Source: a virus
IMG/VR virus record: IMGVR_UViG_3300047548_001509
Coordinates: 18,783 to 82,782 of that record
Direction: 5' to 3' (one strand)
DNA length: 64,000 nucleotides
The position numbers were made by a program, and so were the translations under genes. Position 1 is the stretch's first letter. Every line of letters begins with the position of its first letter. Below, piece by piece: positions 57,750-64,000 of this stretch. The notes under the pieces are model-generated. The model worked only from the letters and a program-made list of their open reading frames with translations. It was not told where the DNA came from and ran no database searches.

Positions 57750-58183
57750 AACAAATATTACAATCAATTGCTTTAGTTTTATCAATCAGTGCTCTTATAT
57801 CAATACCTTTTTTTCCGGATAGTTTCTGGAAAATGTTTGTTATAGCAACGGGTATTCAGGTATTTGGTGGGTGGATAGCTAATACATTGTTTGGAATACA
57901 TAGAGAGAATTTAGAAGCTCAGAGATATAACGAATCTCTTGAGATATTATCACAGAATGTTGTTAATATTCCATGTACAGGGTGTAAAGCAATACTCAGC
58001 GTACCTATTTTTCTAAATGAAGATAATGTTTTTGAATGTGAAAAGTGTAATACAAAAACACGAGCAGGTATTGAAATAACACCGATTATGCTAACTAATC
58101 ATATCGACAATATCGTTTCAACACAAGAGATTTTCAATACCGTTGATAAGGTGATTGAAAATTCTGAAAATAATGATAATTAG
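57746..58183 (+). CDS. Two-TM membrane protein with zinc ribbon
   Basis: Two hydrophobic helices then CTGC...CEKC. Confidence 0.6.
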   Translation: MKQILQSIALVLSISALISIPFFPDSFWKMFVIATGIQVFGGWIANTLFGIHRENLEAQRYNESLEILSQNVVNIPCTGCKAILSVPIFLNEDNVFECEKCNTKTRAGIEITPIMLTNHIDNIVSTQEIFNTVDKVIENSENNDN

Positions 58184-58205
58184 AGGAAAATCATTATAAT
58201 AAGGG

Positions 58206-58472
58206 ATGACTGTAAATAAAAAACAGAAAAACTCCCCCAAAATTAAGGTAAATCTTAAAGATGGTGTTGAAGAAATGTCTATAGAGACATTTTCTCGATG
58301 GATGTGTCTAATAGAAGCTATTGATTGTATTCAGAGAAAGTGTGAAGAAGATGAGATTAATATGGAGAAGGTAGATTGGGTTAAACCTATTGCTATTCAA
58401 CACTATATTGATGAGAGATTTCATTCGATGGTACATGATGTTACAGTTGAACATCAATTAGGTAACTTATAA
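58206..58472 (+). CDS. Hypothetical protein
   Basis: 88-aa ORF with AGGAAA-N5-TATAAT upstream. Confidence 0.6.
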   Translation: MTVNKKQKNSPKIKVNLKDGVEEMSIETFSRWMCLIEAIDCIQRKCEEDEINMEKVDWVKPIAIQHYIDERFHSMVHDVTVEHQLGNL

Positions 58473-59222
58473 ATTTGCTACTTGATTATGCCAGACTATA
58501 TCTTTTAGTTCTTGCTGGAATATAACTCGATCATTACCAAATCCTCTCATTGCTGATAGAATACAACCTGCATCAATTGCAGGTTTTTTCACAGTTTGTG
58601 ATATAAACTGAGCTAGAAGTTTACCAATCATCCCAACACCCAAAACAGCAATATCGAATTCTTTTGTTATAATTTCATCACAAATTTTATTGTACACATC
58701 AATAGGGGTTTGTTTGGAATACGGTAAGGTTCTTCCTGCCGGTACCTGAATAGAGGTGTGTAAACCACCATAACAGATGCCGTAAAATTCACAAAATCGT
58801 CTCTTAGTTAAGTTTTTTATTATAATTGATGAATTGTTGGTAATCCATATGGTAGATTTACCATTTATAAGATTTCCAATTACAGATGGAACAAATAACG
58901 GAAAGATCGCACTAACAGTTGGCTTATTTGATACATCAACATTATATTTCTGTAAATTTGATATAATTTGAGGTTTCCACATGTGGGTATAACCACTATA
59001 ATGTTCTGGAAGACCCAATAAAGAGCAATTATCTACAGAATTTGCAAGCATGTAGCCGAGTTCTTCTTGTTTGTGTAGAATAGATAACTCACCATCACCA
59101 AGACGAATAAAATAACCCGATGGGTTGTCTTTCATGGTTGATAGAATTAAGTTCTTATCGATCTCAATATTACTCCAATCAGCTTTGCTCCATATTTCAT
59201 GACATATACTGTCAGCAGTCAT
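58467..59222 (-). CDS. GT-D fold-like glycosyltransferase
   Basis: FIRLGDGE, FDIAVLGVG..GK, AIDAG. Confidence 0.6.
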   Translation of the reverse strand: MTADSICHEIWSKADWSNIEIDKNLILSTMKDNPSGYFIRLGDGELSILHKQEELGYMLANSVDNCSLLGLPEHYSGYTHMWKPQIISNLQKYNVDVSNKPTVSAIFPLFVPSVIGNLINGKSTIWITNNSSIIIKNLTKRRFCEFYGICYGGLHTSIQVPAGRTLPYSKQTPIDVYNKICDEIITKEFDIAVLGVGMIGKLLAQFISQTVKKPAIDAGCILSAMRGFGNDRVIFQQELKDIVWHNQVANL

Positions 59223-60837
59223 CTAGGTATTTAATTCTACCGCTTGTCACGTAAGGCTGTAATAAACCTCTCTCTAAATCACCATCATGTTCTACTGGTT
59301 GAATAAACGTGCGTGAATCCCAATAATGATGCATTCCAGAATCCTTTTTGCTAAAATGGTCAAACCCAATAATTGTTACATCTATATTATGGTCTAAAAG
59401 CCATCTGATAGTAAGATAACCGGTTGATGGTATTATACCAGCAGCTTTATCTGTTTTACTTGTCTTTTCTTGTAATTCTTTTCTGATATCATTATAATAT
59501 GATCTTGGTACCCGCCATATTTTTGTAGGTGTATATGGTGGATCTGATTCTTCATGAACCATAATGACATTTTTTGGTCTTATTGGGTCTTGCGGTAACG
59601 TTTTTTTGCCAAATGTTACCCATGCAGTGGTTTTAGAGCCAGTACACTTTTCAAGCCCGGTAGTTTTAAAGGTGTTTATTCGTATAACCTCATCAAATTC
59701 GTCTATTTTTGATCCATATTCTTTTTTTAGAATAGAAGGGCCATTTCCAACTACAATATATGTTTTTTTGGAAGTATTAATATTTTCAAACTTTGGAATC
59801 CAATCATTATCATCAGTTTTTATCACGTCCCAGGGTCTGGGCTTACCATGAAAGCAAATAACTTTAGCATTATTAGTTCTTTCTGGTGTAAATTTAAAAC
59901 TGCTTATATCATTAATGGGGAAATAATTAACTTTATTGATATTGACAGCAATAAAATCTTGATCTCCTCTGTATTCGGTAATATGCTTTTGTGGGTCTAA
60001 TATCCACTTACTCCATATTTGTTGTTTAACTTCAGTGGGTACAAACATAAACCCACTCTGAAGTGAATCTCTGCTTGAAAACGGTTTTGGTGTAACTAAT
60101 TCTTTTCCTTGAAACCAATCTGAGGGAATGTCACGTACAACTGTATCAAGATCAATATAGATAAAGGGGAATTTTAAAATATCTGGTCTAAACATTTCCA
60201 TTTTTGACCACCAACCGGGCCAATTATGTTTCATCTCGATAATGTTACCTCTGTTAATATCAAACATGTGAGAATCTGTTAGTACATATACATCTCCATC
60301 AAGTTGTGATATTAACCAATTGACATGATTATGGGTAAATTCACCACCAGTTTTATAAACCAGCACATATTTCTTGTTTGTATAAAAGTTATTTGAATAA
60401 ATTGTAACAGTATGTGGTAAAGATTCTTTGTACCATACATGTTTGTGTGTTTCTAATAGCTCTTTCCACCCTGTAAAGTTATTATACCTATCAGCATCAT
60501 GTATAACGACACATTTACATACTTTCAATAATGTAGGTAAATGTTCATATCTTTTCCATGTAACTTGTTCATTATCCAATAAACATACTGAATATTCTTC
60601 ATTGGGTTCCCATTTGGTCCAATCTTTTATAATATTAAGATTATCACATTGATTAATATACTTACTACCCCACTCTTCACTAGATGATACTATATTAAAT
60701 GTGTTACCTCTGCTCTTTGTTATTGAACGTATTATAGGTGTTGAATAATCTCCACATCCAAGTTCTAAAACCGGACCAGGATTATCAAACAGTGCATCAA
60801 TTAATGCTTTTTGATGAGTTGCGTATGGGTCTACCAT
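59212..60837 (-). CDS. Three-domain protein: methyltransferase-like + GT8-like + GT29 (sialyltransferase-like)
   Basis: VLELGCG; GWWSKMEMF, YIDLDT, GDQDFI, FHGKPRPW; IVVGNGPS...IDEFDEVIRIN, PSTG, GFD, HYW. Confidence 0.75.
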   Translation of the reverse strand: MVDPYATHQKALIDALFDNPGPVLELGCGDYSTPIIRSITKSRGNTFNIVSSSEEWGSKYINQCDNLNIIKDWTKWEPNEEYSVCLLDNEQVTWKRYEHLPTLLKVCKCVVIHDADRYNNFTGWKELLETHKHVWYKESLPHTVTIYSNNFYTNKKYVLVYKTGGEFTHNHVNWLISQLDGDVYVLTDSHMFDINRGNIIEMKHNWPGWWSKMEMFRPDILKFPFIYIDLDTVVRDIPSDWFQGKELVTPKPFSSRDSLQSGFMFVPTEVKQQIWSKWILDPQKHITEYRGDQDFIAVNINKVNYFPINDISSFKFTPERTNNAKVICFHGKPRPWDVIKTDDNDWIPKFENINTSKKTYIVVGNGPSILKKEYGSKIDEFDEVIRINTFKTTGLEKCTGSKTTAWVTFGKKTLPQDPIRPKNVIMVHEESDPPYTPTKIWRVPRSYYNDIRKELQEKTSKTDKAAGIIPSTGYLTIRWLLDHNIDVTIIGFDHFSKKDSGMHHYWDSRTFIQPVEHDGDLERGLLQPYVTSGRIKYLDDC

Positions 60838-62042
60838 TAAGGCGTTGGTGTTGGTGTTGGTGTTAAGGCTGGTGTAGGAGTTGCTGTAAGTTCAGGTGAT
60901 GGTGTTGGTTGTGGTGTTTGTGTGAGTGTTGGTGTTGGTGTAAATGTCGGTTGGGGCGTTGGTGTTGGTGTTAAAGATTCAGTTGGTTCAGGTGTTGGTG
61001 TTAATGTAAATGTAGGTGGCGGTGTTTGTGTTAAAGATGGAGATGGGGTTGCTTCGGGAGTTGGAGTTGGTAATCCACATACTGTTGAGAAGGTAACTTC
61101 ACCGTCTACTACATCATAGAGATTGTTATTATTAACAAAATTACCAGTGAAGGTAAGAACTAAAGCTGGTTCTATATAGAGAGGACCTGCTTCTAGAGTT
61201 GTATCATTGTCTGAATAAAGTAGTCTAGTTGTTTCTTGACTACAATCAGTATACACAACATAGGTTCTAATAGGGCTATAGATAGGTCTCGGTGGTATAT
61301 CAGCAGAAACTGTATAATATTGCGTTGGTATAAGACAATTATCACATAAATCTAACTCAATAGGTTCAAATGTGTTTGTTGTATATGTAGGAGCTGTATT
61401 TTTCCCTTCATATACAGGCTGCTTAATATATAAGACGGATTCTTCCCATCCTGATGTAGTTGAGACGGGTGTTGTAAATGAGTAACCAATGTAGTACTCT
61501 GTTGAATCATTTACGCTTAAGTTTGTATTAACTGATGTTAAGTTAATATATGCGGAACTGTTGGTTGGTCTCCAATCAATATAGATTTTTCTGCCTATAT
61601 CACCTAATCTAACCCGCATGATCTGATAATTTTCTGTGCTTCGTAATAATTCAAAAGAATCCGATAGAGCACTTAGTGGAGTAGAGTATATTAGACTAAA
61701 ATCTGGAAATCCTCCGCGTATAACTAGCATATCAGGTTGTATACTGGATAAGGCTATACCATCACGTGTTGATGAATCGGGGTAAATAAAAGAAGAAGCA
61801 AATAACCCAGTTGTATCAAACCCAACACATATTTTTGCACCAGATAAACCAATCTCACCACTATAGCCGACGTCGATACCCGTTCCTGGTGTAGTGAGAG
61901 AGGTCGTATCTGTTAGGAATGTTGTAAAAGCTCCGGAACTATTCTGATTTCCAGACAATAAAAATTGAAAGGACCAAACTATGTCATAATTTGGATTAAA
62001 TTCATGATCAAATATTACTGTTGTGGTCCGTGGAGCTGCCAT
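60837..62042 (-). CDS. Putative virion protein with lectin/ConA-like domain and Pro/Thr-rich tail
   Basis: Beta-rich with CVGFDT; C-terminal (PT)n; GATAAATA at 62050-62057. Confidence 0.55.
   Translation of the reverse strand: MAAPRTTTVIFDHEFNPNYDIVWSFQFLLSGNQNSSGAFTTFLTDTTSLTTPGTGIDVGYSGEIGLSGAKICVGFDTTGLFASSFIYPDSSTRDGIALSSIQPDMLVIRGGFPDFSLIYSTPLSALSDSFELLRSTENYQIMRVRLGDIGRKIYIDWRPTNSSAYINLTSVNTNLSVNDSTEYYIGYSFTTPVSTTSGWEESVLYIKQPVYEGKNTAPTYTTNTFEPIELDLCDNCLIPTQYYTVSADIPPRPIYSPIRTYVVYTDCSQETTRLLYSDNDTTLEAGPLYIEPALVLTFTGNFVNNNNLYDVVDGEVTFSTVCGLPTPTPEATPSPSLTQTPPPTFTLTPTPEPTESLTPTPTPQPTFTPTPTLTQTPQPTPSPELTATPTPALTPTPTPTP
60841..61071 (-). repeat. Degenerate (ACACCA)n coding repeat, Pro-Thr tail
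   Basis: GGTGTT units on plus strand encode TPTPTP. Confidence 0.85.
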
Positions 62043-62055
62043 GTATGATTATTTA

Positions 62056-62265
62056 TCAACATGTCATTGATGTAGCAGGATTTCCTATTTCATTCTCACA
62101 CGCTTGTATAATTTCATCAAGTTTTGTATAACATTCTAGTAATGGTATCATTTCTGTTACTTTGTGGTTTGATTGAGCATATTGAAACCAATACTTATCG
62201 ATAAATTTTTTCATAAATCTTATGTCATGAACCGTGATACCCGAATATTCTAGTACGTTTTCCAT
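62056..62265 (-). CDS. Hypothetical protein
   Basis: 69-aa ORF. Confidence 0.5.
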   Translation of the reverse strand: MENVLEYSGITVHDIRFMKKFIDKYWFQYAQSNHKVTEMIPLLECYTKLDEIIQACENEIGNPATSMTC

Positions 62266-62313
62266 ATATGTATTAATTTATGATTAAACCAGTTAATATC
62301 AATAAATAAAAAC

Positions 62314-62538
62314 ATGGATGTTGTTGGTTTAATAAGAGAAGCTCTAAAATTTGTAAGTCAATTATTTGGCTTCTATAAAGAGAAGCAAGAGAAAAAGGAG
62401 ATTGAGGAGACCAAAAAAGAAAGAATAAAAGAGTTACAAGAATTGGTTGATAAACAAACAGAAACAGAAAGACAAATCAATAAAGGAGAAATCGATGAAC
62501 TTAATAAGAAATTTGGTTGGGATTCTAGCAATAAGTAG
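62314..62538 (+). CDS. Putative inner-membrane spanin-like protein
   Basis: Amphipathic N-term plus charged coiled coil; AATAAATA at 62301-62308; overlaps a lipoprotein gene. Confidence 0.45.
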   Translation: MDVVGLIREALKFVSQLFGFYKEKQEKKEIEETKKERIKELQELVDKQTETERQINKGEIDELNKKFGWDSSNK

Positions 62539-62752
62539 TTTAGCTTCCTGCGCTACTACTGTCGAGTATGTTAAAGTACAATATCCAGCAATGCCTGTAG
62601 AACCTGAATGGATTAAATTCTCAAAACAGCCAATTATTGAAAAAATTGGTGACACGTTTATCGTATCAGATCAATTCGTTGAGAAAGCAGCACAAGAACA
62701 TGATTATATTCAGCGTGTACGTAAATGGAAGATACAAAATTCTGTACCTTAG
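62495..62752 (+). CDS. Putative outer-membrane spanin lipoprotein (start reassigned from 62447)
   Basis: AAGGAG at 62483-88, MNLIRNLVGILAISSLASC lipobox, Pro-rich segment. Confidence 0.55.
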   Translation: MNLIRNLVGILAISSLASCATTVEYVKVQYPAMPVEPEWIKFSKQPIIEKIGDTFIVSDQFVEKAAQEHDYIQRVRKWKIQNSVP

Positions 62753-63615
62753 AACCAGTCAAAATATGATGTGTCAGAAACGTAGCCGAGCAATATAATT
62801 TCAAGCTCATCTGCATCACAGAAACTAGCTGCTGCTGATCCAGCAAATATTTGTAATTCATCTCCAGCACTAATCGACTGATTTAGTACTAATGATGTAT
62901 ACTGATTATCTGCAGCTCCAAGATATGCAGTAACAGCTTGAGGAAATGCCCCGCCGTTTTTATAGATATCGAAAGAGACTTCTGACCCCTGTACAGTCTT
63001 TATAGTTGCAAATACTTTTGTAAGAGTAAATGTAAATGGGGCATATTTTGAAGTTTCATTATCCCTCATATCGTTACCTTCTCCCCAACTTACTAACTTA
63101 TATGTGACAGGATATATAATATTATTTACCGTTGTGGATAAAGCATTTACAGATGTTGTGAGTGTATTTGCTGTTGTAAATGCTGTGCTCCAATTTGATG
63201 AAGTATTTTGAACTGTTGTATGTGTTGATTCCCAATCACCAGATTGTGTTTGAACTGTTGTTTTGAGACTTTCGTATTCGACAGCGTCAATGTTAATATC
63301 TAAAGAGTACCAATCTGATTGTGATGTTCCTGTACCTGATTGGATATAATAAATTGTATTATTAGATGTATTATATGCTGTATCTCCAGGTTCAGCTGGT
63401 ACATTTGCTAATAATGTAAGATCAGGACCAGTGCCTAAAAATTTATTACCCGCTACTAATCCCCCGGCTGTAACACCATCTCCAATATACATCCGTTTAG
63501 TATCAACAGTGTATGCGGGTTCACCTTCTTCAAGTATAACTTGTTGTCTATCTACATTAGGGCCCTTTCTTAGGATGAGCTTAATTAAGGTGTTATCAAA
63601 GATTTCTAGGGACAT
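62749..63615 (-). CDS. Tail-fibre-like protein with Mtd_N-like N-terminal domain
   Basis: LILRKG...LEEGEPAYTVDTKRMYIGDGVTAGG; CATAAATA at 63623-63630. Confidence 0.7.
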   Translation of the reverse strand: MSLEIFDNTLIKLILRKGPNVDRQQVILEEGEPAYTVDTKRMYIGDGVTAGGLVAGNKFLGTGPDLTLLANVPAEPGDTAYNTSNNTIYYIQSGTGTSQSDWYSLDINIDAVEYESLKTTVQTQSGDWESTHTTVQNTSSNWSTAFTTANTLTTSVNALSTTVNNIIYPVTYKLVSWGEGNDMRDNETSKYAPFTFTLTKVFATIKTVQGSEVSFDIYKNGGAFPQAVTAYLGAADNQYTSLVLNQSISAGDELQIFAGSAAASFCDADELEIILLGYVSDTSYFDWF

Positions 63616-63625
63616 ATCAAACTAT

Positions 63626-64000
63626 TTATGGAAGTGTTCCAGCTACTCCATCAACGAGTCTTGCTTTATAAGATGCTGCAACTGAACCAGTAAAGTTGTA
63701 TCCGTCCCCAACGGGCCTTTCAATTAGAACATAAGCAGAACCACCGCCTCCAGATCCACCATTACCACCTCTACCACCATTTCCAGCACATCCACCACAG
63801 CATTGACCAGCTCCACCGGCTCTGCCTAATCCATTACCGGTCTGATCTGGATCTCCACCTTTACCTCCATTGCCGCCGACCCATACAGTTGTATTTGATC
63901 CGACGCGACCATTACCACTTGATGGTGATGCAGACATATCTATTATACCTGTTCCACTAATTGTATTGCAATATATTGTTACGGAACCACCACCATGTTT
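63626..64000 (-). CDS. Gly-rich tail-fibre-like protein, C-terminal part (runs off right edge)
   Basis: Frame open from 64000 (KHGGGSVTIYCNTISG...); GGNGG repeats. Confidence 0.65.
   Translation of the reverse strand, partial: KHGGGSVTIYCNTISGTGIIDMSASPSSGNGRVGSNTTVWVGGNGGKGGDPDQTGNGLGRAGGAGQCCGGCAGNGGRGGNGGSGGGGSAYVLIERPVGDGYNFTGSVAASYKARLVDGVAGTLP

Noticed and set aside
60841-61071. GGTGTT array as CRISPR or telomere-like repeat, and the plus-strand Val-Gly ORF 60922-61119
   Set aside because: Explained by Pro-Thr codons on the minus strand; no spacers
62749-63615. Diversity-generating retroelement suggested by the Mtd_N-like domain
   Set aside because: No reverse transcriptase or template/variable repeat pair seen in the window
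718-63685. Many short antisense or nested ORFs in the six-frame track (e.g. 4346-4732, 21864-22184, 43531-43848)
   Set aside because: Lie within well-supported genes and show no motifs or expression signals
1-64000. tRNA, rRNA, CRISPR arrays, IS elements
   Set aside because: None recognised by eye; intergenic gaps are short. tRNAscan/Infernal not run

Overview
AT-rich, densely coding 64 kb segment of a large T4-like (myovirus-type) phage genome. It has the T4 core: portal gp20, gp15, gp62, UvsY, UvsW, gp55, gp47, gp46, gp43, UvsX, gp41, gp32, gp45, RNase H and gp61. A DUF1549/DUF1553 + DUF1501 pair and lipoprotein/spanin-like genes suggest a diderm host, probably Planctomycetes or Verrucomicrobia (inference). 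Main observations: (1) two essential genes are fractured by split inteins: DNA polymerase (120/43 aa) and UvsX (only a 16-aa N-intein), each with a decayed Vsr-like endonuclease remnant in the gap; (2) a late-promoter cassette of enzymes (Pol-beta-type nucleotidyltransferase, ligase-fold protein, HIGH nucleotidyltransferase, aspartic-type protease) whose N-termini resemble the T4 capsid-targeting sequence, suggesting a packaged, injected enzyme set; (3) a phage-borne exported DUF1549/1553-DUF1501 module behind a hairpin that overlaps a late promoter; (4) a dispersed 7-deazaguanine pathway (FolE, two QueD, QueE, QueC, stand-alone Gat, DUF366) with non-canonical metal motifs; (5) about ten glycosyltransferase-like genes; (6) near-leaderless genes behind two promoter classes, TAAATA and RGGAAR-N5-(-10). 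All family calls come from motifs recognised by eye, not from database searches. No tRNA, rRNA or CRISPR array was seen.
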